Source: an uncultured Myxococcales bacterium (GTDB taxonomy: Bacteria > Myxococcota > B64-G9). Taken from it: DNA of 64,000 nucleotides. The stretch covers positions 416-64,415 of the forward strand of contig CAZLNM010000012.1 of NCBI GenBank assembly GCA_964561025.1, read 5' to 3'. Below, in pieces: positions 19,973-28,793 of this stretch (its first letter is position 1; each line of letters opens with the position of its first letter). The position numbers and the translations under genes are program-made. The notes below the pieces were generated by a model. That model was not told the DNA's origin, did not search any database, and saw only the letters and a program-made list of their open reading frames with translations.

Positions 19973-21127
19973 TCAGCGCCGGCGTTCGATGCGGGCCAGG
20001 GCCTCCCGCGCGCGCATGGCGGTCTCATCGTCGGGCTTATAGTCGAACACCGAGAGCAGGTGCTGGTAGGCCGTGGTGGGCTGGCCGCGGGCGAGCGCCA
20101 GCAGGCCGAGGTGCAGAAACACCCGCGCCAGATCCGCGCGATCGCCGTGGGCCGAGAGGCACCGCCGCAGGAGCCGGGCGGCCGCCAGCGGGTGCCCCGC
20201 CTCGTGGAGCCAGTCGGCGAGCACCACGCACTCGTCCGGGGACAGCCGGCCGAGCTCGCCCGGGGGCACCTCCTCCAGGGTGTTTATGGCGTCCGCGGGG
20301 CGCTGCTCGCGGATGGCGCTGCTCAGGCGCTCCAGCGGGTGCGCCGCCCGGGGAGCGAACTCGCGCTTCGCCGGGCCGCGGTCCTGCCAGGGCCAGGACC
20401 AGCCGAGCGCCTCGCCGGCCAGCGCCAATCCCAGGCCCGCCACGAACCCACCCAGGTGGGCGCCGAAGGCCACATTGGAGTCTGAGCCGATGAGAAACGG
20501 CAGCAGGTTGTCGGCCACGATGTAGAACCCCAGCACCCAGCGCACCGGCAGCAGCACGGTGTCGAAGAAGAACGGGAACAGCGCCACGAACACCTTCACC
20601 CGGTTGCGCGGGAACATCACGAAATACATCCCGATCACGCCGGAGATGGCCCCGGAGGCGCCGACCAGGGGGATCTGGCCGTTCTTGGCGAACAGCGAGA
20701 AGGCCAGCGTCGAGAGCATCCCGGTGCCGAGGTAGGCCAGAAGGTAGCCGATCCGGCCCAGCCGGTGCTCGATGTTGTCGCCGAAGATCCACAAGAACAG
20801 CATGTTGCCGGCGAGGTGCAGCAGTCCGGCGTGCAGGAACATGCAGGTGATGAGGTCGAGGAACTCCGGCTGGGCGGGCCGGTAGCCGTGCGCGAAGACG
20901 AACAGGTCGTAGGCCGAGAGCTCTCGCAAGGAAAGAAACGAGATCGGCTGATCCGGCATGAGCTTGTGCAGGTACTCGACGAGCAGCGGGTCGCGCGGGT
21001 CCACCCCGGTCTGGGAGAGCGGCAGGGCCACGACGAGGTACACCAGGATGTTCACCCCCATGAGGGACCAGTTGACCCAGGGGCGGAAGAACTGCGGGTT
21101 GGGCGTGTCGCCGAGCGGGATGAACAT
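19973..21127 (-). CDS. rhomboid-family intramembrane serine protease with C-terminal TPR-like domain
   Basis: Multiple TM segments, an HxxxN-type region (FLHAGLLHLAGNMLFLWIFG), the catalytic GASGAISGV and a downstream AHLGG. The soluble C-terminal tail is helical-repeat-like. Confidence 0.8.
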   Translation of the reverse strand: MFIPLGDTPNPQFFRPWVNWSLMGVNILVYLVVALPLSQTGVDPRDPLLVEYLHKLMPDQPISFLSLRELSAYDLFVFAHGYRPAQPEFLDLITCMFLHAGLLHLAGNMLFLWIFGDNIEHRLGRIGYLLAYLGTGMLSTLAFSLFAKNGQIPLVGASGAISGVIGMYFVMFPRNRVKVFVALFPFFFDTVLLPVRWVLGFYIVADNLLPFLIGSDSNVAFGAHLGGFVAGLGLALAGEALGWSWPWQDRGPAKREFAPRAAHPLERLSSAIREQRPADAINTLEEVPPGELGRLSPDECVVLADWLHEAGHPLAAARLLRRCLSAHGDRADLARVFLHLGLLALARGQPTTAYQHLLSVFDYKPDDETAMRAREALARIERRR

Positions 21128-21301
21128 GCGGGCAGCCTACTCGCGGAGGCTTCTTTGTGCAACCCGGTCGGCGGCTGACCGTGCCTCGTTATTTTTCCGA
21201 CAATGTTCTCTTGGGCGCGGCTGCTTTGCGCCGCGCCGCTGAAAGCTCCACGATGGCTCGAAGCCGTTGCATCCCGGCCCAAAAAACAATAACGTTGCCA
21301 C

Positions 21302-21937
21302 ATGAATCAAAGAAATCCCCAAGCGTGCATTCGCCGGTGGCTGTATCGCCTGTCCCTGGTCGCGGTGATTTCGGCCGGCGGGTGGGCGATCGCTCCGCCT
21401 GCCTTCGCCGGAGAGACCGCCAGCGCCGCTGCGCGGCCGGAGAAATACGCCAAACCCCTCCAGGGAGAGGGCCTGTCCAACTTCTTCAAGGTCTCGGACG
21501 TGCTCTACCGCGGGGCGCAGCCGGACAAGGAAGGCATGAAGACGCTCGAGAAGCTGGGCATCCGCACCGTGGTCAACCTGCGCTCGATGCACTCCGACCG
21601 CAAGAAGCTCAAAGGTACCAATCTTCGCTACGTGCACATCCCCATCAACACCTTCGACATCAAGGAAGAGCAGGTGGTGGCCTTCCTCAAGGTCATGGCC
21701 GACCCCGCCAACCACCCGGTGTTCCTCCACTGCCAGCACGGGGCCGACCGCACCGGCATGATGTCGGCCTTCTACCGCATCATGTTCCAGGGCTGGTCGC
21801 GCGAGGAGGCCATGCAAGAGATGCTCGAGGGCGGCTACGGCTTCCACACCATATGGAAGAACATCGTCTCGTTCCTTCGCAAAGCCGACCTCGAGCGCAT
21901 CCGCGAGCGGGCCGGCCTGCCGCCGGCGAAGCCATAG
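21302..21937 (+). CDS. secreted Cys-based (CX5R) protein tyrosine/dual-specificity phosphatase-like protein
   Basis: Signal peptide, then the HCQHGADRTG P-loop (HCX5R[ST]). Confidence 0.7.
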   Translation: MNQRNPQACIRRWLYRLSLVAVISAGGWAIAPPAFAGETASAAARPEKYAKPLQGEGLSNFFKVSDVLYRGAQPDKEGMKTLEKLGIRTVVNLRSMHSDRKKLKGTNLRYVHIPINTFDIKEEQVVAFLKVMADPANHPVFLHCQHGADRTGMMSAFYRIMFQGWSREEAMQEMLEGGYGFHTIWKNIVSFLRKADLERIRERAGLPPAKP

Positions 21938-21973
21938 ATAGCACGGCAATCCGCAGCAGCAGGTCGTGAGATC

Positions 21974-22015
21974 GCGTCTGGCTGCGCTGGCTCTTTTGGC
22001 CCCGCAGCCAGACGC
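21974..22015. terminator. 13-bp perfect hairpin between convergent genes (possible bidirectional terminator)
   Basis: GCGTCTGGCTGCG (21974-21986) pairs with CGCAGCCAGACGC (22003-22015) across a 16-nt loop. It lies between the phosphatase and MFS gene ends. There is no clear U-tract. Confidence 0.4.
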
Positions 22016-22106
22016 AAGGTTGCTCTTGCGTCCGGCCGCGAAAGAAGAACATCAAGATCTGCATCGAGGAGGCCTCGCCTGGCGCGCCGCGCTCGGAGGT
22101 GTTCTC

Positions 22107-23546
22107 TTACTTTCGGATCGGGTAGCGGGTGAAGGCCAGGGCCGCGGCCAGCAGGCACAGCCCGGCCAGCGGGGTGGCCAGGCGGATGCCCAGGTTGTCC
22201 TGGGTGGTGCCGCCGAAGAGCTGGAAGAGCAGCCCGGCGATGCCCGGCCCCAGCGCGGCGCCGGTCTTCTGGATGAGCCCCTCCATGCCGTTGTAGATGC
22301 CCTCGCGCCGAAGCCCGGTGAGCTTCTCGTCGGCGTCGATGACGTCGGCCAGGATGGGCCGGATGATCACCAGCGCGATGGCGAGGGGGAACGTCGCCAG
22401 CGCGAAGAGGACCAGCGCTTGTGACAGCGGCGACAGGACCGGCCACAGGCCCAGCGTCGACATGAGGATGAGCACGATCCCCAGCCAGGTGAGCGAGAGG
22501 ATGTACAGCGCGCGCTTTCCCATGCGGCGCGAAAGCAGCGACACCAGCGGAAAGAGCAGCGCCGCGCCCAGCAGCACCAGCATCATGAGGTAGCCGGCCG
22601 CGAGCTCCCAGTCGACCGCGCCCTGCTCGCCGACGGCGCCCAGCGCCCCCAGGATGGTGAGGTCGCGCTCCGTGGCGGGGTAGGCGCCCAGGATCTTGGT
22701 GGCCACGAAGGGCGTGACGAAGACGATGGTGGCCGCCGCCATGCGGTAGAACCCCGCGCCCAGGACGTAGGGGAGGAAGGCCGGGTTGCGAAACACCGAG
22801 GCGAACTCGCGCAGGGCATCGCGCACCGGCCGGCCGCCGCTCGGGCGCGCCTCGGGCGGCCGGTAGCGTTCGCGGGTGAAGAGCGCGGCGAGCATGAAGC
22901 ACACCATGAGCGTGAGCGCGCCGATGAGCCCGGTCACCTGGTAGCCGTTGGTAAGGAACAGCGCCCCCGTGGCGAAGGCGCCGGCGAAGACGGGCGGCAG
23001 GATGTTGCCGGCGGCGGTCCCCAGCACCTCGTGGATGCCCATGAAGGCGGAGATGCGGACCCGCTCGTTGTCGTAGGGCGTGATCTCGGGAAGCAGCGCG
23101 AGATACGGCGCCACCACCACGGTGAAGAACAGCCAGAAGCCAAAGAGCGAAAAGAACAGGATGATTGCGTTGGCCAGCGACGGCTCGCCGGTGGCCGGCG
23201 TCCACAGGAAGAAGAAGCACAACCCGAGCAGCGGCGCGCCGATCAGGATCCAGGGGCGCCGCCGGCCGAAGCGCGAGCGGGTGCTGTCGCTGAGATACCC
23301 CACGATGGGGTCGGTGAAGGCGTTGAGGAACTGCGTGGCGAACCAGATGACGCTGAAGGTGGCCGGGGCCAGGTACAGGATGGGCCGGCCGCCGTCCTCC
23401 TGGCCGTAGAAGAAGTACCCCAGCCAGGCCGCCACGATGGTGGGGCTGAAGGCCACCCCGAAGTTCCCGAGCGCGTAGGCGGACTGGGCGAAGAAGGAGA
23501 GGCTCTGGCCCTCGCGGCGCTCCTCGGTCGGGACGGGTTCTGTCAT
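22107..23546 (-). CDS. MFS transporter, glycoside-pentoside-hexuronide (GPH) cation symporter-like
   Basis: About 12 TM segments. The N-terminus (LSFFAQSAYALGNFGVAF...) and the DxxxSRFGRRRPW loop are typical of the MelB/GPH family. Confidence 0.75.
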   Translation of the reverse strand: MTEPVPTEERREGQSLSFFAQSAYALGNFGVAFSPTIVAAWLGYFFYGQEDGGRPILYLAPATFSVIWFATQFLNAFTDPIVGYLSDSTRSRFGRRRPWILIGAPLLGLCFFFLWTPATGEPSLANAIILFFSLFGFWLFFTVVVAPYLALLPEITPYDNERVRISAFMGIHEVLGTAAGNILPPVFAGAFATGALFLTNGYQVTGLIGALTLMVCFMLAALFTRERYRPPEARPSGGRPVRDALREFASVFRNPAFLPYVLGAGFYRMAAATIVFVTPFVATKILGAYPATERDLTILGALGAVGEQGAVDWELAAGYLMMLVLLGAALLFPLVSLLSRRMGKRALYILSLTWLGIVLILMSTLGLWPVLSPLSQALVLFALATFPLAIALVIIRPILADVIDADEKLTGLRREGIYNGMEGLIQKTGAALGPGIAGLLFQLFGGTTQDNLGIRLATPLAGLCLLAAALAFTRYPIRK

Positions 23547-23648
23547 GCCGCCTTCCTATCAGGCGCGGCCGCAAAAATCCAATCAGTTGAATCTGGCGCG
23601 CCTGCTCTGGTAGGCTGCGGCCGGTTGCGCGAACCCAAGGAGGAGCCG

Positions 23649-24035
23649 ATGAGCCGTGTGAGCGTGGAGAGCCAGCAGGCGCCCAAGGCCGTAGGCCCGT
23701 ACTCCCAGGCCTGCCGGAGCGATGGCGGCCGGACCTTGTACCTCTCGGGCCAGATCCCCCTCGACCCCCGCACCGGGGAGCTGGTGGCGGGGCCGCCGGC
23801 GGCCCAGGCCGAGCGCTGCCTGGAGAACCTCAAGGCGGTGCTGGCGGCGGCGGGATTGGATTTCTCGCACGTCCTACGCTGCACCATCTACATGACCGAT
23901 CTTTCGCACTTCGGCGCGGTCAACGAGGTGTACGGCCGTTACTTCCAGAAGCCCTTCCCGGCCCGGGCCACGGTGCAGGTGGCCGCGCTGCCGAAGGGCG
24001 CCCAGGTGGAGATCGACGCCATCGCCGAACTGTAA
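23649..24035 (+). CDS. ridA: RidA/YjgF-family reactive-intermediate deaminase
   Basis: APKAVGPYSQA...LYLSGQIPLDP...CTIYMTDLSHFGAVNEVY...PARATVQVAALPKGAQVEIDAIA is the RidA signature. Only the last 128 codons of the tracked 334-aa ORF are credible. Confidence 0.88.
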   Translation: MSRVSVESQQAPKAVGPYSQACRSDGGRTLYLSGQIPLDPRTGELVAGPPAAQAERCLENLKAVLAAAGLDFSHVLRCTIYMTDLSHFGAVNEVYGRYFQKPFPARATVQVAALPKGAQVEIDAIAEL

Positions 24036-24038
24036 CGC

Positions 24039-26354
24039 ATGCGGCACCTTCCTCACGGGATGCTCCCGGCCCTGCTGGCCGTGGCGATCGCGGCCGGCGG
24101 GCGCGCGGAGGCGGCGGCGCCGGGAGGAGGGGAGGCGTCCGCCGCGCACGCCGCCATCGAGGGGGTGCTGCGGGACAAACAGAGCGGCGAGCCGCTGCCC
24201 GGGGCGCCGGTCCAGCTCGACGGCAAGGACATCGCCATCACCGACGAGCGCGGGCGCTTCGTCTTCGAGCGGGTCGCGCCCGGCGCCCACGAGCTGTGGG
24301 TCCAGGACCCCGACCACGTCCCGCTGCGCGTGCACGTCAATGTGGCCGAGGGCCAGCGGCTGTCCCTGTCCTACGCCCTGGACCCCGTAGGCTCCGAGGA
24401 GCAGGAAGAGGTGGTGGTGGTCTCGAAGCGCCTCCAGGCCGAGGTCAGCAACACCGTGGTGCAGGTGGAGGAGGTCAAGAAGATCCCCGGCACCCAGGGC
24501 GACGTGGGCAAGATCGTGCAGAGCCTGCCCGGCGTGGCGCAGGGCATGGCCTTCTCCTCGGGGACCATGGGGCCGGGGCTGCTCATCCAGGGCGCGGCTC
24601 CGCAGGACAGCAAGATCCTGATCGACGGGCACCCGGTGCCGCTCTTGTATCACTTCATGGGGCTCACCTCGGCCGTCAACTCGGACATCCTGAAGAGCAT
24701 CGACTTCATTCCCGGGGCCTTCGGCGCCGAGTTCGGCGAGGCCATCGGGGGCATCGTGGACACCCGCACACGGCCCTGCGACCGGCAGGACTTCGGCGGC
24801 TACGTCAACCTGGGCATGATCGACGCCGGCGTCCTCTTGGAAGGCCCGCTGGGGCCGAAGGCCGGCTTCGTGGCCGCTTTCCGCCGCAGCACGGTGGACG
24901 TGTGGCTGCCCTCGGTGCTCGAGGACATCGAGGGCTTCGAACTCACCGTGGCCCCGGTGTACTACGACTACCAGCTCAAACTTGAGCTGCTGCCGGCGCG
25001 CGGCGATCACCTGACGCTGTTCGCCTACGGCTCATCCGACGAGGCGCGCCTGGTGATGCAGAAGGCCGTGAGCGCCGACCCCGGCATGCTCGGCACCTAC
25101 CAGGACCAGATCCAGTTCCACCGCGTGAACCTGGCCTGGGTCCACTCGCCCGACCCGTCCTGGGAGTTCCGCACCTCGCTGGCCGGCGGCTACGACCAGT
25201 ACCACTTCCGCTTCGGGGCCGAGCGCTTCGTGCAGGCGCGGGTGTACTCCATGGCCAGCCGCTTCGACTGGGAGTGGCAGATCGACCGGCGCTGGTTCAT
25301 CCACGGCGGGCTGCTCGCCTCGACGTTGTCCTACCAGTACTCCATGCGCATGCCCCGGCCGCCGAAGGAGGGCGAGGTGGTGGCGGACTTCGCCAGCCTG
25401 GAGATCCTGGAGGGGAGCGAGCGCACCGCCTGGATGTGGGGCGGGGCCTACGGCGTGCTCGGCTGGTCGCCGGTGCCGCGGCTGCTGCTCACCCTGGGCG
25501 CGCGGGTGGAGGCCTTCGACCTGCCGCTCAACCAGGCGGTGTTGCTCCCGCGACTTTCGTTACGCTACGAACCGCGGCCCGGCACCGTGCTCAGCGCGGG
25601 CTTCGGCATTTACGCCCAGGCCCCGGCCCCGGACGAGATGTCGCGCCTGCTCGGCAACCCCGATCTCGACATGGTGCGGGCGCGCCACTACGCCCTGCGC
25701 GTCCAGCAGGACTTGCCCTGGCAGGGCCAGCTCGACGTGGAGGTGTTCTACAAGGAGATGGACAAGCTGGTGGTGCCGGACGCGCGGGCCTTCTACAGCA
25801 ACGCCGGCCGGGGCAAGGCCTCTGGCCTGCAGCTCATGCTGCGGCGCGACGCCCGCGAAGGCCCCTTCGGCTGGCTGGCCTACACCCTGATGCGCTCCGA
25901 GCGGCAGGACGGCCCGGGCCAGCCGTGGCGGCTGTTCGACTGGGACCAGACGCACATCCTCACCATGGTGCTGGGCTACCTGCTGCCCACCGGCCCGGTG
26001 GTGCCCGCGCACGGCCTTCGCGACGGCTGGCAGTTCGGGCTGCGCTTCTCGCTCGTCTCCGGCAACCCCACCACGCCGCTGCTCGGCGGCATCTTCGACG
26101 CCGACTACGACAGCTACCGGCCCATCCCGCTCGAGAAGAACAGCGAGCGCCTGCCGCTCAACCACCGCCTGGACGTGCGGGTGGACTACACCTGGGCCTT
26201 CGCCCGCTTCGCGCTCACCCTTTTTCTCGACGTGCAGAACGCCTACAATTACCGCTCGGTGGAAGGCATCCGCTACAACTACGACTTCACTGAGCGCGCC
26301 TACTTCCGGGGCCTGCCCATCATCCCGGCCCTGGGCCTGAAGGGGTCCTTCTAA
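24039..26354 (+). CDS. TonB-dependent outer-membrane receptor with N-terminal carboxypeptidase-regulatory-like domain
   Basis: Signal peptide, a CarboxypepD_reg-like beta-sandwich (GVLRDKQSGEPLPGAPVQLDGK...), a plug (KKIPGTQGDVGKIVQSLPGV), a long beta-barrel region and a terminal aromatic residue (…LKGSF). Confidence 0.78.
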   Translation: MRHLPHGMLPALLAVAIAAGGRAEAAAPGGGEASAAHAAIEGVLRDKQSGEPLPGAPVQLDGKDIAITDERGRFVFERVAPGAHELWVQDPDHVPLRVHVNVAEGQRLSLSYALDPVGSEEQEEVVVVSKRLQAEVSNTVVQVEEVKKIPGTQGDVGKIVQSLPGVAQGMAFSSGTMGPGLLIQGAAPQDSKILIDGHPVPLLYHFMGLTSAVNSDILKSIDFIPGAFGAEFGEAIGGIVDTRTRPCDRQDFGGYVNLGMIDAGVLLEGPLGPKAGFVAAFRRSTVDVWLPSVLEDIEGFELTVAPVYYDYQLKLELLPARGDHLTLFAYGSSDEARLVMQKAVSADPGMLGTYQDQIQFHRVNLAWVHSPDPSWEFRTSLAGGYDQYHFRFGAERFVQARVYSMASRFDWEWQIDRRWFIHGGLLASTLSYQYSMRMPRPPKEGEVVADFASLEILEGSERTAWMWGGAYGVLGWSPVPRLLLTLGARVEAFDLPLNQAVLLPRLSLRYEPRPGTVLSAGFGIYAQAPAPDEMSRLLGNPDLDMVRARHYALRVQQDLPWQGQLDVEVFYKEMDKLVVPDARAFYSNAGRGKASGLQLMLRRDAREGPFGWLAYTLMRSERQDGPGQPWRLFDWDQTHILTMVLGYLLPTGPVVPAHGLRDGWQFGLRFSLVSGNPTTPLLGGIFDADYDSYRPIPLEKNSERLPLNHRLDVRVDYTWAFARFALTLFLDVQNAYNYRSVEGIRYNYDFTERAYFRGLPIIPALGLKGSF

Positions 26355-27208
26355 TGCGCCGCGCCCTCGCCGCTGCGTTGTGCCTGTGCGCCGCCGCGTT
26401 CGCGGCCGGCTGCGACAACCCCTTTCCGCCGGGGTCGCTGGTCGAGCGCCTGCGCGTGCTGGGTGTGCGGGCCGAACCGCCCGAGGTGGGCCTCGACGGC
26501 GAGGTCGTGCTTTCGGCGCTGGTGGCCGATCCGCAGGGCGGCGGCCGGCCGCTTTCGTTCGAGTGGGCGGTGTGCCTGAGCGAGCTTTCCTACCAGGCCG
26601 CGGACATCGACTGCCCCGGCGCGGACGGCTATGCGCTGCCGGGGTCGGGAGACACGGCGCGTCTCTCCGTGCCCGCGCTGGTGGAGTTCGCGGCGGCGAA
26701 CCTCCCGGCGGGCTCGTTCGGCGACCCCGCCGCCTGGAAGGACCTGAAGTGGTTCCCGCTCATCGTCGGCCTGCGGGCCCGGGCTGGCGATGAGGTCGTC
26801 CGCGCCATCAAGCGGGTGCGGCTGCGGCTGGCCACCGAGGAGCCCCCCAACGCCAACCCGCGCCTTCTGGGCCTCACGCTCGACGGGGCAGAGGCGCTGG
26901 ATCTTGTGCAGGTGAAGGCGGGGGCGACGGTGTCGTTCCAGGCCCTGGTCGATCCGGCCACGCGCGAGCGGTACCGCCGGCAGGGCGAGAGCGAGGAGCG
27001 CATCGAGGACGTGGTGTTCGCCTGGTTCGCCACCGGCGGCGAGTTCGAGGGTGACTACTCGGTCCTGTCCGGCGACGGCACCAGCGAGTTCGACCGCATG
27101 CGGTGGACGGCGCCGGACGAACCCGGCCAGGTCGAGCTGTGGGTGGTCGCCCGCGACGGCCGGTTCGGCGAGGACTGGTTGGAGCGAACCATCGAGGTGG
27201 TCCCGTGA
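26354..27208 (+). CDS. lipoprotein of unknown function, coupled to the TonB-dependent receptor gene
   Basis: Lipobox AFAAGC. Its ATG shares one base with the receptor gene's stop codon (TAATG). No family recognised. Confidence 0.55.
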   Translation: MRRALAAALCLCAAAFAAGCDNPFPPGSLVERLRVLGVRAEPPEVGLDGEVVLSALVADPQGGGRPLSFEWAVCLSELSYQAADIDCPGADGYALPGSGDTARLSVPALVEFAAANLPAGSFGDPAAWKDLKWFPLIVGLRARAGDEVVRAIKRVRLRLATEEPPNANPRLLGLTLDGAEALDLVQVKAGATVSFQALVDPATRERYRRQGESEERIEDVVFAWFATGGEFEGDYSVLSGDGTSEFDRMRWTAPDEPGQVELWVVARDGRFGEDWLERTIEVVP

Positions 27209-27356
27209 CGAAGCGCATCTGGAATGGATACAGGCTGGCGCCGAGTGAGCGGGCGCGCACACACGCGACCTCTCGACCGGCCAGGACATTCGCGCCCGAC
27301 CGCGCTGGCGCTGGCGGCCCCGCTGTCGGTCGCGAGCTTACGAAGGAGCGTGCCCC

Positions 27357-28640
27357 GTGGAAGCGTTCGTGATCGAGGGAGGCCGCCGCCTGAGCGGGAG
27401 CATCCGCCCCAGCGGCAACAAGAACTCCGCCCTACCGCTCCTGGCCGCGTCATTGCTCACCGACCAGCCGCTCATCCTGCGCAACGTGCCGCGCATCCGT
27501 GACGTGGCCGCCAAGCGCCAGATCCTGGCCGCCCAGGGCGTGGCCTTCGACGAGCCGGGGGCCAACGTGCTGCGCATGCAGTCCGGCTCCATGCCCGCCA
27601 TGGACCCCGATCCCGAGCTGTGCCGGCGCATCCGCACCTCCATCCTGTTGGCCGGCCCGCTGCTGGCGCGCCTCGGCCACGTGCGCCTGCCGCGCCCCGG
27701 GGGCGACCGCATCGGCCCGCGCCCGCTGGACACCCACTTCCAGGTGCTGCGCGCGCTGGGGGCCAAGGTCGAGATCACCCCGCACTTCTACGAGGCTCGC
27801 ACCGACGGGCTGCGCGGCGCCGATATCTTCCTCGAGGAGATGAGCGTGACCGGCACCGAGCAGGCGGTGCTGGCGGCGGTGCTGGCCGACGGCGACACGG
27901 TCATTTGCAACGCGGCCTCGGAGCCGCACGTGCAGGACCTGTGCCGCTGCCTGTGCGGCATGGGCGCGCGCATCTCGGGGATCGGCACCAACACCCTGGA
28001 GATCCATGGCGTGCCCAGGCTCGCCGGCGCGGACTTCACCCTCGGCCCGGACTACATGGAGGTCGGATCGTTTCTGGGGCTGGCGGCGGTCACCGGCTCC
28101 GAGCTGCGCATCCAGGGGGCGCGCCCGCAGGAGCACCGCATGACCCGCATCGCCTTCGGCAAGCTCGGCGTGACCTGGCGCGACGAGGGCGACGACATCG
28201 TCATCCCAGCCGGGCAGGAGCTGCGCGTGCAGGCCGGGCCCCACGGGGCCATCCCCAAGATCGACGACGCGCCCTGGCCGGGTTTCCCCTCCGACCTCAT
28301 GAGCATCGCGCTCACCGTGGCCACCCAGGCCGAGGGCACGGTGCTGATCCACGAGAAGATGTTCCAGAGCCGCCTGTTCTTCGTGGACAAGCTCATCGAC
28401 ATGGGGGCGCGCATCATCCTGTGCGATCCCCACCGGGCGGTGGTGTCCGGCCGCTCCCCGCTGTTCGGCGAATCCCTCACCAGCCCCGACATCCGGGCCG
28501 GCATGGCCATCCTCATCGCCGCGTTGTGCGCCCAGGGGCAGTCGGTCATCTCCAACATCGAGCAGATCGATCGCGGTTACCAGGACATCGAAAAGCGCCT
28601 CGCCGCCGTCGGCGCCGCCATCCGGCGCGTGAGCCTCTAG
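27357..28640 (+). CDS. murA: UDP-N-acetylglucosamine 1-carboxyvinyltransferase
   Basis: GSIRPSGNKNSALPLLAASLLT N-terminus and an EPSP-synthase-fold repeat, 427 aa, GTG start. Confidence 0.9.
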   Translation: MEAFVIEGGRRLSGSIRPSGNKNSALPLLAASLLTDQPLILRNVPRIRDVAAKRQILAAQGVAFDEPGANVLRMQSGSMPAMDPDPELCRRIRTSILLAGPLLARLGHVRLPRPGGDRIGPRPLDTHFQVLRALGAKVEITPHFYEARTDGLRGADIFLEEMSVTGTEQAVLAAVLADGDTVICNAASEPHVQDLCRCLCGMGARISGIGTNTLEIHGVPRLAGADFTLGPDYMEVGSFLGLAAVTGSELRIQGARPQEHRMTRIAFGKLGVTWRDEGDDIVIPAGQELRVQAGPHGAIPKIDDAPWPGFPSDLMSIALTVATQAEGTVLIHEKMFQSRLFFVDKLIDMGARIILCDPHRAVVSGRSPLFGESLTSPDIRAGMAILIAALCAQGQSVISNIEQIDRGYQDIEKRLAAVGAAIRRVSL

Positions 28641-28658
28641 CTCCCCCGTCCATCCGCC

Positions 28659-28692
28659 GTCCGGATTTCGACAGTATGTTCGAAATCCGGAC
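28659..28692 (+). promoter_or_regulatory. 13-bp perfect inverted repeat: murA terminator hairpin or enhancer (UAS) for the downstream sigma-54 promoter
   Basis: GTCCGGATTTCGA (28659-28671), an 8-nt spacer, then TCGAAATCCGGAC (28680-28692). It starts 19 nt after the murA stop, has no U-tract, and is centred about 95 nt upstream of the predicted sigma-54 transcription start. Confidence 0.4.
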
Positions 28693-28744
28693 AGGATCGG
28701 CGATGCCGTTCGTAAATCTATCTGAAAAACAAAGGCAATTTTTC

Positions 28745-28760
28745 TGGCATCGATCTTGCT
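28745..28760 (+). promoter_or_regulatory. sigma-54 (-24/-12) promoter candidate for the FHIPEP operon
   Basis: cTGGCATcgatcTTGCT compared with the consensus YTGGCACGrNNNTTGCW. It has exact GG-N10-GC spacing, lies in an AT-rich stretch about 35 nt upstream of ATG 28794, and a gggagaag RBS sits between. Confidence 0.55.
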
Positions 28761-28793
28761 TACACACCGGCCGGATATCACGGGAGAAGCTTC

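Noticed and set aside
23031-23648. N-terminal 206 codons of the tracked 334-aa ORF that ends as RidA
   Set aside because: This part is antisense to the MFS transporter gene and crosses the intergenic promoter region. RidA-family proteins are about 125-130 aa, and a Met with an aggagg RBS sits at 23649.
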